Shown: piece by piece, positions 39,476 to 54,805 of the stretch
Numbering within the stretch: the first letter of the stretch is position 1
Layout: each line of letters opens with the position of its first letter
Translations under genes and position numbers: made by a program
The notes under the pieces: generated by a model
Database searches by the model: none
What the model was told of the DNA's origin: nothing
Seen by the model: the letters and a program-made list of their open reading frames with translations, nothing else
Assembly: GCF_001194135.2 (NCBI RefSeq)
Contig: NC_068981.1
Coordinates: 88,760,040-88,824,039 of the forward strand
Source: Octopus bimaculoides
Lineage: Eukaryota
DNA: 64,000 nucleotides
Reading direction: 5' to 3'

Positions 39476-40185
39476 AGTGGATAGACAGATACGCATACAA
39501 GGAGTGAGATGGCTTGTAATGTAAGTGATTAGAAATACATATAATGAAAATATACCAAGTTATTTTACTACATGCATAGCTGACAGAAGGACGGTAGCGG
39601 ATACATACGAAGGAATACACACTTATATAAACACAGATATTTGAAATCTTTGAAAGGAATTGATAAACCATCCTATGAGATATAAAGTTAAAGCAACATC
39701 GACAACGCTACGATCGATAGTTTGTGGAGTTGACGGCGTTTGTGATTGAGGTGATGCAAGAAATAGTCAATGACAGGACCGTGTTAATTCGCTAGCTCGA
39801 TGTTTATATGAGTTAAACGACTGCGTTTCGAACATTTCTCGCTCACTCGCACCCACCCTCTTGCTCAATCTCTCTCTCTTCTGTAATATTGGTTTCTGTG
39901 AAAATGTTCTGTACCACATATGTTTAATCACTGGAAGACAGCAGCCTGGAAATGTATAGATATAGTCAAGCATAAATCAATTTGTATTCAGAAAGGAAAC
40001 GCAAAGGCAAAATAAAAGCCGCTGATTATTGTAGAGAAGAAAAGTTATTCTGATATTCAGGTATTTTCAACAGCGTTTTAATATTACTGTGTACAACAGG
40101 TTGTATTAACGAAATGTGATGCCAAGAAATGCTCGCATGTAAGGCCTAAGGTGTTTGGACGAAGTAGTAAGCATTTACATGGAGT

Positions 40186-40835
40186 AATAATGGTTTCAAA
40201 TTTCGCACGAGGCCAGCAATTTCGGGTGAGGGGTTAAATCAGTTACATTGACCCCATTCCCCAGTGCTCAACTAGTGCTTATTTTATCGACCCCGAAGGA
40301 TGAAAAGTAAAGTCGACCTTGGCGGAATTTCAATTCAAAACGTAAAGACAGACGAAATACGGTTAAACTTTTTGCCCGGAGTATTAACGATTCTGCCAGC
40401 CTTTTTTAAATTACATGGAGTGATTATACTTTTTAGTATAGGCACAAGACCTGAAATTTGGGGGAGGGGATAGTCTATTGCATCGATCCGAGTACTCAAC
40501 TGGTACTTATTTTATCGACACCAAAGGGATCAAAGGCAAAGTCCGAATTTGAACTAAGAACGTGAAGACGGACGAAATACCGCCATGCATTTCGTCCGGT
40601 GTGCTAACGATTTTGCCTACTCGCCTCCTTTTTACATGGAGCAATAATAAACTATAAATTTTGAGTGTGGGGGATAATCGATTATATTGAATTCAGTATT
40701 TGAAGCGTATTTATTCATCGACCGCGAAAAGATGAATAGCAAAGTCGACCTCTGCGGAATTTGAACTCAGAACGTAAAGACAGACAAAATGCCTCTAAGC
40801 ATTTTGTCTGGTTTGTTAACGATTCAGCCAGGTCG
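40186..40835 (-). mobile_element. Three head-to-tail SINE family B copies
   Basis: Copies at ~40190-40400, 40430-40627 and 40650-40835; each is preceded by TTACATGGAG. Confidence 0.88.
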
Positions 40836-41167
40836 CTTTATTTTTAGCAGTATAATGCAGAAAGATTTTAATAATAATAGCAAAGTTCTAGGATATTAGA
40901 TTTTACAAACGGCGCTAGTGTGAAATGTTGCGACATTCAAAGCGTTTCTATACAGAAAATAATATATTGCATGTAAAAAAAAGATTATTTGTAACACAGT
41001 GTCAGGAATTGCTTTGAAAATTCCCAGCTAGCCGCTTGGAAATATCTATGAAAGAGTTGACTTTTCATATCACAATAACTCCAGAGTATCAGATATTGCG
41101 ACTAACACACCTGATTCTTGTTCACTTTTCTCTCATATATTTATATAACTGTTAACTAATTCATAAG

Positions 41168-41226
<59 letters not shown>

Positions 41227-42256
41227 AATGAAAAGGAATCTAGAAATCTGACCAGTTTTCTTAGTCAGCATTCCAGTGAATACCGACTTACAAAGTGTGT
41301 AGTAGTGGACAATTTTCTTTAAAGGAAACAAACTGAAATTCCAAGGATAATTTATTAGTCGCGTAATTTAATACAGTGAATCCAGGAGATGTTATTACGT
41401 TTATGACTTCATTACGATCGTTTCAACAATGCATGGTTCATCTGCATCATGAATAGAAATGATTGTGCAACGTTACAATATATTCCATGTAATCCATGTT
41501 TATTTCGTCAAACAATGATCAAAGAGCAATTAGTAAGGCTATATATATTATTGATTAAAGCATTATTTTAGATTAAATTCGAAGCTGACATCTTACATAT
41601 TTAAGGTTGAGTTAATTGCTCTGTGTACTGTACTTTCTTAAAGTATGCCAAATGGCTTCTGCTAGACGCGTGGTTAAAAGATTCTCTTCGAAGTTACATA
41701 CTTCCAGGTTCGACACCACTGTGTAGTACTTTTCTCTTTCTACCGTAGCCTTGAGTTTACTAATGAATTAAGAGTAAAATTTACTTGACGGAATCTGTGC
41801 TGAAGCCCTTTATTTTCTAATATCATTCTTAATAGTAACTTTAAAGTTGCTGTAGTAGCAATACTTTATAGAAATATAACTGTTTCTTTAATAGCCTGTA
41901 TTAGAGTAAACCAGTGAAAAACACTTTAAGGGACTTATATCAACGAAAGTGTCTAAATTGACATTGATAAGAATGTATGGCGGTAGCGCTCTAAAAAGAA
42001 CTAAAGTTGATAGAGATCGATAAAATAAGTATGGGGCTAAGTATTGAGGTTGATTTAATTGGCTAAAATCTCTTTAACGTCAACTCAACAAGGCTGCAGT
42101 TCAGTGATAGAAATCAATAAAAAAAAAACAATAATATATCTCTCATACAGTTATTTAATGCATCTCTTATACACTTCTGTATATCGTATGTTGTATACCT
42201 TACGATGCATGTTGCATCCTATCCCACAATGCATGTTAGAAATGCATTTAATCACA

Positions 42257-42305
<49 letters not shown>

Positions 42306-42310
42306 CCACA

Positions 42311-42349
<39 letters not shown>

Positions 42350-43136
42350 CTTGCAGTAGGGTCTACTTTTTTATGAAATATTTCTTAAGTTTTGATTTAT
42401 TCATTACAATGTAGCTTACATTGCATAATGCATCCATTAGAATGGATTTGATTGTATGTAATATTACACGAATCGGATGATATCTCCTTTATAATAGTAT
42501 AATTGATTTTATATTGCCTTATAGCTCACGCTTTTTTTTAATATTACTGCTTTCGGCGTCCATTTATATTACTTTAAGTTGTCTCTGATTTGGATAGATT
42601 GCAAGAAATTTATTCTCTTTCAAAATATCAAGCACTGGTTTCTGAATGCATCCATGTCTTTTCCCTTCTTCACCAGCCCCATGAATGTTTCATTCCTTAC
42701 AACACAGCCTAACACATCCATAGTTATTGGACTGAGGAAACAGGTAATGATTGCAGATATTCCAGTTTTTAGCTTATTATGTTTCGTCTAATGAGTGTGT
42801 TCCACGTGATGCGTTCTATAACCTAATGACAATTTATAACAGAAGAAACATATCACGCCTGGAAAATTAATTTTCCATGAATACGGAACATTCAAGGTGT
42901 ATAAATATATGGTTCTGCTTTAAAATCATCAAATCTGATTTGTCAAGACGTAATGAAAATTAAATAATAAATGAACGACTGCGAAACAATAAAATCGATG
43001 TTGGATAGTGGAATTTTTATGTACTTATTTCTCAATTTATGTTTAGTATTGATCCGTTGATACGAGTAAAATGGGTACGGAGAAGAAATGTCAACGAAAT
43101 GAGAAAAGGAATACATTAATGATGATGATGATGATA

Positions 43137-43198
<62 letters not shown>

Positions 43199-43796
43199 AA
43201 TGATGATGATGATAGATTTCCAAGCAACAAAGAGAAAATGTGAAAGATATTTTAAAAGAAAATAAAACATATGTGTTGGCAGGAGGTTATATATATGATT
43301 CCTAACCGAAGATAAATTAATTTTTTAGATTAAAAATCATTGAAATAGAATAGAAAATACAAAATACCATTCAATTATAAAAAGAAAATAAAGATATCAT
43401 TTTGAGAAGTTTTTCTTTAAATATTTCTTTAATAATCATCTTTGTGGTGGTAAATGATAAATGATTATTAAAATAATAACTGTTGTCAGAATTTCATAAA
43501 AATCTCAAGACAAATTAAGGTTAATTAAACAACAATAAAAATGTCTAAAAAAACCCAGAGATCAATATGTCTGTGGATATAAGTCTGTTGTATATATATG
43601 TATATGTGAATGTGTCTATATGTGTATGCTTGATATACGTACGTCTTCATATATATACGTATAAGAAATATACATACAAAATAACTGTTCACTGGCAGGC
43701 AGTGTGTTTTATGATGAAAACTGACTGTATTTCAAACCAATTTGTTGTTCTTTCGTTAGTGTCGTCTTCCTCGCTACACAATTCACACACTGATAG

Positions 43797-43900
43797 GGTA
43801 ACGACTCGCTTCGGTCATGAATGACCTTGAGATTGCACCTAGAAAGTTCCCCCTCCAAGCCACAAGTCCAGCGAAGGTTGTTTGTGGAAGACCAGCAATT
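43797..43900 (-). mobile_element. 3' tail fragment of SINE family C or its partner LINE
   Basis: CTTCGGTCATGAATGACC..GATTGCACCTAGAAAGTT..GGTTGTTTGTGGAAGACCAGC matches 12145-12230. Confidence 0.7.
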
Positions 43901-45374
43901 TTGAAAGTTGTCTCACTTGCCTTTTTTGAGAAGAAAATTCATTAACGCTGATGTTTGTGATTGAAATCAATTAAAAAGCATTCTAGTCATCATGAAGTAG
44001 GAACGTCTCTACTATGTATGTATGTATGTATGTATGTATGTATGTATGTATGTATGTATGTATGTATGCATGTATGTATGTATGTATGCATGGAAGCATC
44101 TATCTATCTACACAAACGCGCGCGCGCACACACACACATACACATTCATACACGCATTCATACATTCATTGATACACACACATATATGTATTGTATATTT
44201 GTATGTATGTGTGTGTCTTTATGATAATTGAAGTGATAAGTAAAATGAAAGTAATTATCCCAGCGGCACCACATGCAGGAACTTGGCAAGCAAGTATTTG
44301 AATAGCTGTGTAAAGATTAGACCTTTTTGATGAAGAAAAGAATGATCGTTTATACATTAGTAAAATTTTATGGGACATGTATTTATAGGCATGTATTTCA
44401 AATGGGTATGTAATAATCTTCATTCATTGAATAACAATAATTTTAATGGAAGAAAAAGAGAAATTATTATTGTTACTTACGTTTCGATAAACGACCGCCA
44501 TGTATTTCCTATTACATAAAATTTGATCAATTTTATGTTGTGAATTTAAGAGTTCATTCATTTCTTCAGACATAGTTTGATACACAATCAACTTATGAGA
44601 TGAATTCGCAAATGCTAGAGTTATCATCGCTTCATGGGCGTATACATCAAACTGGCAGAAAAACAAAATATAAATGTTAATTTATACTATCAGCTCATTA
44701 GTACACAGCTCATAAGCCAAGTAATCAAAATAAATTTCTCCTAGAGGCCTGAACATCTTTCTCATAGTGACAACTTGGTCAGTAGGATGATCTCTTTGAC
44801 GACATTTTATTACTCCTACAGACTAATCGATAAACAAAATTAAATGTGTGTATGTATATGTGTATAAGTGTGTGCTTACGTGTGTCTGTGTGTGAATGCG
44901 TTTGAGTGAGTACTGTGGGCATGTGTCTACGTGCGTATATTACGTACATGTTGATAGCTGCTGCCGGCATGTGGTCATGTGTGTCTGTGCGTGTATGCCG
45001 ACGTATGCATGAATACAAATATAAATATAACATAGAATATATGCGATTCATACAGATATTTCAATCCACTCCGTATTCCTATGTTTTCGAAGACGTAACT
45101 GAAACCGTTCGTTGTATTTGAACTATCTCTCAGTTATTCATTGCACAAAGGAAGTTGAATATAGTAAATAGCCTTGAAACAGTCAACAACGAAATATCTC
45201 CACCCAAACTTATATGAAGATCATATTCCCTGAACAACGACAGCGGTATTTTAGGTGCTAAACAAAAGACGAAGTTACTAAGGAATAAATGTACAAATCT
45301 CTGAAACTGGCAGTAAACCCCTGTATAGTGTAATTCTAAGCATTTTTCTGAATCGACCCTGCTGCATTTTTAAG

Positions 45375-45570
45375 GCCTGGTACTTAGTCTATTGGTCTTT
45401 TTGCCGAACCAATAAGGTATGGGGATGTAAACACACAAACATCAGTTGTTAGGCGGTGGTGGTGCAGAAAGACACAAAGACAGCCGCATACAGTCACGCA
45501 CACACACACACATACAAACCCCCACACGCGCACGCACACACGCACGCACACACGCACGCACGCACACACG

Positions 45571-45638
<68 letters not shown>

Positions 45639-46045
45639 AACACACACACATAGAACGGGCTTCTTTCAGTTTCAGTCTATCAAATCTACTCACAAGGCTG
45701 TGGTCGGTTCGAGGCTGTAGTAGAAGATAACTCTTCCAAGTGTCACGCAGTGGGACTGAAGCAGGAACCATGTAGTTGCGAAGCAATCTTATTTCTTTAT
45801 TGCCCACAAGGGGCTAAATATAGAGGGGACAAACAAGGACAGACAAAGGGATTAAGTCAATTATATCGACCCCAGTGCGTAACTGGTACTTAATTTATCG
45901 ACCCCGAAAGGATGAAAGGCAAAGTCGACCTCGGCGGAATTTGAACTCAGAACGTAACGGCAGACGAAATACCGCTAAGCATTTCGCCCGGCGTGCTAAC
46001 GTTTCTGCCAGCTCGCGAAGCAATCTTCTTATCACACAGCAACCC
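45375..46045 (-). mobile_element. SINE family O, split in its tRNA head by a younger SINE
   Basis: Tail 45375-45480, (CA)n, core 45652-45790; head resumes at 46028 CTTATCACACAGCAACC. Confidence 0.85.
45791..46016 (-). mobile_element. Young full-length SINE family B, tail type 3, with target-site duplication
   Basis: Direct repeat GCGAAGCAATCTT at 45778-45790 and 46015-46027; clean A and B boxes. Confidence 0.92.
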
Positions 46046-46066
46046 TTGCGGCTATGTGTACATAAA

Positions 46067-46100
<34 letters not shown>

Positions 46101-46200
46101 NNNNNNNNNNNNNNNNNNNNNNNNNNNNNNNNNNNNNNNNNNNNNNNNNNNNNNNNNNNNNNNNNNNNNNNNNNNNNNNNNNNNNNNNNNNNNNNNNNNN

Positions 46201-46269
<69 letters not shown>

Positions 46270-46332
46270 TAGATAGAGATAGATCGATAGATAGAGAGAG
46301 AGTCTGTGTGTGTCAGAGAGGAGGATAATGAA

Positions 46333-46608
46333 TAAACAAAAATACCGTACAGCTTAAAACAACTACACGCGTTTCAATGGTAATGGTTATTTATTACCAA
46401 TACAAAGTACATTACATAACATATTACAGTTTACGTAAATCCGCAATGCACTTCGTCGGACGACAGTCGAATATCACGGGGAAAATCGGCCTAGATACGC
46501 AACAGTGTGGAATCTTGCAATATGTTATATAATGTACTTCCGATTGTTAATAAATAACCACGCTGTTGAAACCCGTGTTGTAGTGTTTTCAACTACCCTT
46601 TCTGTTTA
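46333..46608. mobile_element. Palindromic MITE-like element (~95 bp imperfect arms)
   Basis: 46333-46429 is the reverse complement of 46514-46608 (AATATGTTAT.TAATGTACTT..TAATAAATAACCA..TTGAAAC.CGTG). Confidence 0.7.
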
Positions 46609-46790
46609 CTAAACGATACACTGCGTAATATGTGCCAATTGTATCAGTGATACATAAACAGATTTGTAGGATTCTCTGGACCAATAAACAACTGTTTAAC
46701 TCAGTATAGGTAACTTTATCTACCACTTGAATGACCCGGAATACTTTCTGTCTTTGCAATCAGTTAGCCAAACATACGCAGAATTGCTTC

Positions 46791-46859
46791 TATGTCAATT
46801 GCTTCCATGTCAATTGCTTCCATGTCAATTGCTTCCATGTCAATTGCTTCCATGTCAAT
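46791..46859. repeat. 15-bp tandem repeat CATGTCAATTGCTTC, about 4.7 copies
   Basis: Directly visible; no spacers. Confidence 0.92.
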
Positions 46860-47399
46860 TTATCATGGTCTGTTTCCTTTCAATTGCTTTACCATCTATC
46901 CACCTTTATGTGTATATATATATATATATATATTTATGTCTGTGTATGTGTGTGTTTGCGTGTGCTAAGCAATTAACATGGGAGTAAAAGCGGACAAGAT
47001 CACCCACAGGAAGTGTATCTCTCAGCTGTGGAATAATGCTTGACCGCAAAAACCATCACATCAAAGCGACCAACCACTCCATGTTATCTAATTTAGCTCC
47101 AGCAAACATATAATTGGACTATCTATCATTGTTTATCTCCATTTGTATAATGCAAATTTCGTTTGTATTTTTGATAGCTTTCTTAACTCTCACGGAAAGG
47201 TCGTCCTGTTGTTTTCAACACAGTCTTGTCTCAAACTAATTGCGTGAGTGCTACCTACAATGATTCAGGTATATAAATGTAGTATATAGAACTCGGTTTA
47301 AGATTGTATATACGTACATTCATATGTATTTGTGCGTGTATCACTTTGGTAAATCTGATCTGCCAGACAATATGATGGATAAGTTTTTCACATCTTTCC

Positions 47400-49400
<2,001 letters not shown>

Positions 49401-49446
49401 GAGCACCCATGGTTTTGTCAGCATCTTCAAATTTATAATCTAGAAT

Positions 49447-49505
49447 ATCATGCTGAAGAATGAAGTGGATTTTATATCATTCTAATCCCAAAACGCGTAC
49501 ATGAT
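49447..49505 (+). ncRNA. Degenerate Penelope-type hammerhead motif
   Basis: atcatg-CTGAAGA..ggatt(12 nt)aatcc-c-aAA-ACGCGT-A-catgat: 6 bp stem I, palindromic stem III; G12 changed to A plus a small duplication. Confidence 0.55.
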
Positions 49506-49672
49506 TAACTAAGGCTTGTTGGTTTCGTTATTTTTTCTTCTTTTTTGCCTATGCAAGTTGCGAGTATTGCTATCTGTGGAGATATATTGTAATAGAAGAA
49601 TTAGTATTTTAACTGCTATTTCTAAATTTCGGTATGTGGTGAAGCAACTTTTGCTGATCCCTTAATTATGTT

Positions 49673-49746
<74 letters not shown>

Positions 49747-50462
49747 TATATATGTATATATTTATATTTATATTTGTATTTATAATATCTTATATGTCTA
49801 CGGTATTTTTCTGCCTCTTTCAAATATTCCCTTGTTGATTTAACTGGGGATTAAGAGATCGCTTATCTTATTTCCTATATTTTTTGTTTTTCACTTGGTT
49901 GGCTTGGGTAGATGTCATCACCCCACATACTCACTCACACACATACACTCCTCGCGTACACACAGATACATTACTACCTGAGTGGTTTAGTAAATCTTTC
50001 GTCTTGTTATACCTATTATTGCACCTCTTACATTTCATTCATTCGGTCGACAATAACGTTGTTATCAAATTTCATTCAGACTGCTATTTACTTTTAGTTT
50101 GTATCTTTTATTGTTGCCGTTCTATCGTTAAGAATTTTATCTTTCGAAGGGAATTTCTTTGCTCCATATGAAAATCTGTCCATTAATATATTCAATTCTC
50201 TTTTCTTTTAGATTATTGATCTATTCAAAATATCCATCTTAGATATTTAAATGGTGCTCATATTCACTTTTATTCATATTTTGGTTTGTGTAGTTATTGT
50301 TTCACTTGCATCGGTATTCTGAAGGTAAGCCAGGAATTTGTTTCGCCATTTACTTTGGTTTACTTAAGCTTGGTTTTCATTGTTGATGTATTTAATGTTT
50401 TTATTGTTGGTGTTTACATTTTTTTTTTCATTACTTATATTTTCAATATTATTATTTATAAA

Positions 50463-51110
50463 GAGGCGAACTGTCAGAATCGTTAGCATGCTGGACAAAA
50501 GGCTTAGCGGCATTTCGTCCGTCTTTACATTCTGGGTTCAAATCCCACCGAGGTCGACTTTGCCTTTCATCCTTTCAGGGTCGATAAAATAAGTACCAGT
50601 GAAACACTGGGATCGATGTAATCGACTAGTCCCCGCCCCCAAAATTTCATGCCTTGTGCCTTTAGTAGAAAGTATTATTTATAGAGCGGCGAATTGGCAA
50701 AGTACTAAACGGTATTTCGTCCGTCTTTACATTTTGGGTTCAAATCCCACCGAGGGCGACTTTACCTGTCACCCTTTCGAAGTTGATAAAATAAGTACTA
50801 CTTGAGCACGAGAGTCGATGTAATTCGCTTATTCCCCCCCTCGAAATTGCTGGCCTTGTGCCAAAATTTGAAACCGATATTTATCATTTAAAAGGCAGCG
50901 AACTTGCAGAATCGTTAGCGCGCTGGGCAAAATGCTTAGCTGCATTTCATTTACCTTTACATTCTGAGTTCAAATCCCACCGAAGCCTACTATGCCTTTC
51001 ATGCTTTTGAGGTTGATAAAATAAGTACCAGTTAAAAACTGAGGATGATACAATCGACTTACCTTCTCCCTCGAAATTGATGGCCTTGTGCCAACATTTG
51101 AAATCTTCTT
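50463..51110 (+). mobile_element. Three head-to-tail SINE family B copies
   Basis: Heads at ~50465, 50685 and 50895; tail types 2, 1, 1. Confidence 0.9.
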
Positions 51111-51241
51111 TATTGCTTTCATAACACATTTTCTTGAATTAGCTAGTATTATGATATCGGATTCACTTTTTATCATAGCTTATTTTTCTTTTGATATTAC
51201 ATGTGTATATTGTGATGCTTACGTTTTTAGAATAAAATATG

Positions 51242-51778
51242 CAGTAATGACTCGATATACGAGTTAATTTGTTCCCGGAAACCATTCGTAAAGCAGAGCA
51301 ATAATTTTCCATAGTAGCAAAACGTAATCCGTTCCCAGAAAAATATTTTACCAATAAAATTTATAATGCTCGTAAATAAATAGCAATAAAACAACAGTAG
51401 AATGTAAAGAATATTTTAAGTAAAGTAAAGAGTATATCAAGATCACTTACAAAAAAAATATTATTATTATTACTGTTTTCTGAATCCCTTTCACTCGCAC
51501 ATACTCGCGCACACCATCACTTGTAGACGCGATCACCGATTTACAAGCACTCGTAGACGGACTTGTAAATTTCTTTTTAAAAGACATGTCTATGGTTGTT
51601 TGCTTGGAGGAAGACCTTTTTTTTGCTCTGTATACATTTCCCGGTAACATGCAGAAGCATTTGTATTGATAGCAGAAACTTTTGCACTTCGTTCAAAATT
51701 TGTATCTTGTACTTGAAAAATTAAACTCGTAACCGTAGGGTCTCGTAAAGCGGGTCCTCGTAAAGTGAGGTATTACTG
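51242..51778. mobile_element. Tigger/pogo-like non-autonomous DNA transposon
   Basis: TIRs CAGTAATGACTCGATATACGAG and CTCGTAAAGTGAGGTATTACTG, followed by TA; minus-strand KKRSSSKQTTIDMSFKK is typical of pogo/Tigger C-termini. Confidence 0.78.
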
Positions 51779-52207
51779 TATGCATGTAGTATAGAAAAAT
51801 ATTCCCCATCACCACTTCTGCCTTTTCTGTGTTATTTCTTGGGTTTCAGGAGTAACATCAGAACCTTTATTTTCATAGCTATCTTTCTATCAGTACTAGC
51901 TTATTTCTGGAGAGATTTAATTCTTTTTAATTTTATGTATCAAATTAGTGATTCTCCTTTTACCCTCTAGTCGAATGATATGGGTTTCATTTCCATGATT
52001 TTATCATTTATTGTTTTGGGTCAGTATTTTCTGTTCTCAATTCGGCCTCTCTTTTGTATGACTGTTTGAACTTTATTGGCAAATCGGTGACTACTGTTAA
52101 TATTTGAAATAAATTGCTAATATAAAATAAAAATCAATAAAATATCAAATCAAATCTATAAAATGTTATTCGATTCGATATCATCATCATTATTATTATC
52201 ACTATCT

Positions 52208-52425
52208 AAGACGGCGAACTGGCAAAATCGTTACCACGCTGGACGAAATGCTTAGCGGTATTTCGCTCGTCGCTGAATTCAAATTCAATCGAGTTCGACT
52301 TTGCTTTTCCTCCTTTCGAGATCGATAAATTAAGTATGAGTGAAATACTGGGGGTTGATGTAATCGATTCATCCCCTTTCCAAAAAAGGGCTGCCCTTGT
52401 GGCAAAATTTGAAACTATTGTTATT
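52208..52425 (+). mobile_element. SINE family B, tail type 1
   Basis: GACGGCGAACTGGCAAAATCGTTACCACGCTGG..AAATTTGAAACTATT. Confidence 0.85.
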
Positions 52426-52429
52426 ATTA

Positions 52430-52692
52430 TTTTTATTATTGAGTGAGAGAGCAATGCATGCCATCAAAGTGACACTGGTGTAAAATATACGAAGCCCAGT
52501 ATGCCTATTATGACTACCCGTCTGATAAGGGTACACCATGCACATGCATCAACTGGTTAAGGTCAAATCTGTGGTATTGAACAGAATATTTGCTGTAGCC
52601 CATCTTTTATACCAAGGCAAAACAATGCACATGATAACACTTTCAATCAGTTAAGAATAGAAGCCATGAGAGCCACTGCCTGGTACTGCATT
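52430..52692 (-). mobile_element. Probable 3' end of an unassigned non-LTR retroelement with (TAA)n tail
   Basis: Abuts (TTA)n; TGAGTGAGAGAGCAATGCATGCCATCAAAGTGACACTGG recalled as an abundant Octopus repeat (not verified). Confidence 0.5.
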
Positions 52693-52836
52693 TCTTCTTC
52701 TTCTTCTTCTTCTTCTTCTTCTTCTTCTTCTTCTTCTTTTTCTTCTTCTTCTTCTTCTTCTTCTTCTTCTTCTTCTTCTTCTTCTTCTTCTTCTTCTTCT
52801 TCTTCTTCTTCTTCTTCTTCTTCTTCTTCTTCTTCT
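52693..52836. repeat. (TTC)n microsatellite
   Basis: Directly visible. Confidence 0.97.
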
Positions 52837-53329
52837 CATGTTGACAGTTAATTTAATTAATAAGGATGTTAATCTAAGATTTGATAACTCTCCTCAAATA
52901 TTAAGAATCCTTCTTATGATTATTGCAAAATACAGGATAGCGCTTTTTTTTTCAGATCGATAATAACCCTCAGCGTATTAGATAGAAACTCGGCTGTAGT
53001 GTCAAACGCATGAATTTCCAAAGGAACAATTTTTAACTTTGTGTTTCACAATGGCGTCACCTGTGACATTTCTCATTTTTTTCAATTTTATTTATATCCA
53101 CTCTACTGTCATAGTTTTGCGGAGTCTATGGTCATACATTGTTAATTTTTCCGGTTCCCCTATCATACCTGGTCCTACTGCTTCAACAGAATAATCAGTC
53201 TCTATGGGGAAACACATAAAATGATGCTGTTGTTCTCAATCACTATTACTACCTTTGCTCGTATTCAAACTACTTTTTCGTCACAGCAACAGCAACAACA
53301 ACAACAATAAATAATGACCACATGCAGAG

Positions 53330-54500
53330 AAACCCTGGATACCAATAGACAAAACGACCTGATCTACTGAGCAGCTGTAGTAATATGCAGAGAGACTTGA
53401 CTTGACCCTTACAAAGATAAAAAAACCCCAGCGAAATCCCAAACCCCGAAACGTAAAGAAAATATGATAAATAAAAAAAAACAAAACAAAGGAAGGACAT
53501 CTGTACTTTGTGAATTAGAGGAAATGGAAAAGAAAATAAGATCTATATAACATAAAAATACAATATAAAAGATAAAAAAGACACCAGGTAGGTGAAAGGA
53601 AAACTCAAGCTGTGCACAGTGGCAAAAACTTGCCGCATGCAGCGGTATGGAAAACAGGAACGCTTCTTCCAACAAAATACAGAACTTAAAAATAAACACA
53701 AGAAGATTTTACAGAAACGAAAACAAGAAAACCATATCAATAGTCACAAGCTATTAAAACCTACCATAAGAAAAGGAAATTTCTAAGAAGACTCGTTGAG
53801 CCATCTATGGGTTACAAATGCTATGGACAAACTATAAATCATGTATATATGGATCACTTAAAGATTTTTGCGAAGAACACTGATTACAAAACCTTCTCGA
53901 AATTGTCCTTAGCTTCAGTAAATACATCAGGATCAGAATGGTATTGGATATATGTCCTAAAGTGACATTGAAATGAGGAAAATTAATCAACACTGAAAAC
54001 ACTGCACTTCACAGACAGAAAAATCAAGGAATTAAACCACATTTTCTCATACAAATATCTAGTAATAGACTTAATAGCTAAGATACAACACACAGAAATG
54101 AAATAAAAATTTTGAAGAGAATATTACAGAAGAACAGACAGTTCACATCCTACGTAAGTCACTATCAATTCAATAGAACAAACGAAATAAATTAATCCCC
54201 AAATACACGGCACAGTATACAGTGAATATCCAATAAAATAAACAACATTCACGATATGTACTCTGCCCATCAAAAGAAACAAAACTCACATTACGCACAT
54301 AACACAATACACACACTAATACAACAAAAGTCTCAAGCAAAACTCCATTACAAAACAAACTGATGCAATACAGTACCTCGAAGAGTCTCTATTCCTCCAG
54401 CACCAACAAAAACGAATACACACAATGGTGCATACATCTCAGCAACATGGAAGTGTAGCAGACGAGGCGGTTGAAATTTGCCCGAAACTATCAAATGCCG
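53330..54500 (+). mobile_element. Decayed, internally deleted R4/Dong-like LINE
   Basis: KLKLCTVAKTCRMQRYGKQERFFQQN, HVYMDHLKIFAKN (YMDD), LDICPKVTLK*GKL, SYKYL..IQHTEMK..REYYRR. Confidence 0.7.
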
Positions 54501-54529
54501 AATAAAAAAATTTATAATCTTTTCTATTA

Positions 54530-54692
54530 CAGGCACTTTTACTTTGACCTCAGTGTTTAAATGTTACTTATCTTATCGACTCTGTCAGGCTAAAAGGCAA
54601 AGTCGATCCCGGCAACATTTGAACTCGTAAAACAGACGAAATGTCGCTAAATATTTTGCCCGGCGTGTTAACGAGTCTGCAAGCTCGCTGCC
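54530..54692 (-). mobile_element. SINE family B, tail type 2
   Basis: Head GGCAGCGAGCTTGCAGACTCGTTAACACGCCGGGC and core on the minus strand. Confidence 0.8.
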
Positions 54693-54761
54693 TTAATAAT
54701 AATAATGATGATGATGATGATGTTGATGATGATGATAATACATACATACATGCATACATAC

Positions 54762-54805
<44 letters not shown>

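Noticed and set aside
39700-39900. CpG-richer unique stretch resembling a promoter or first exon
   Set aside because: No diagnostic motif or linked ORF; cannot be supported from sequence alone
42570-42735. Minus-strand frame interrupted by a single TGA (possible selenocysteine); similar case near 32000-32350
   Set aside because: No SECIS or homologue recognised; single-stop frames of this length are expected by chance
46791-46859. Short direct-repeat arrays (also 30801-30925 and 62210-62310) as possible CRISPR-like arrays
   Set aside because: No unique spacers, no cas genes, and a eukaryotic context; plain minisatellites
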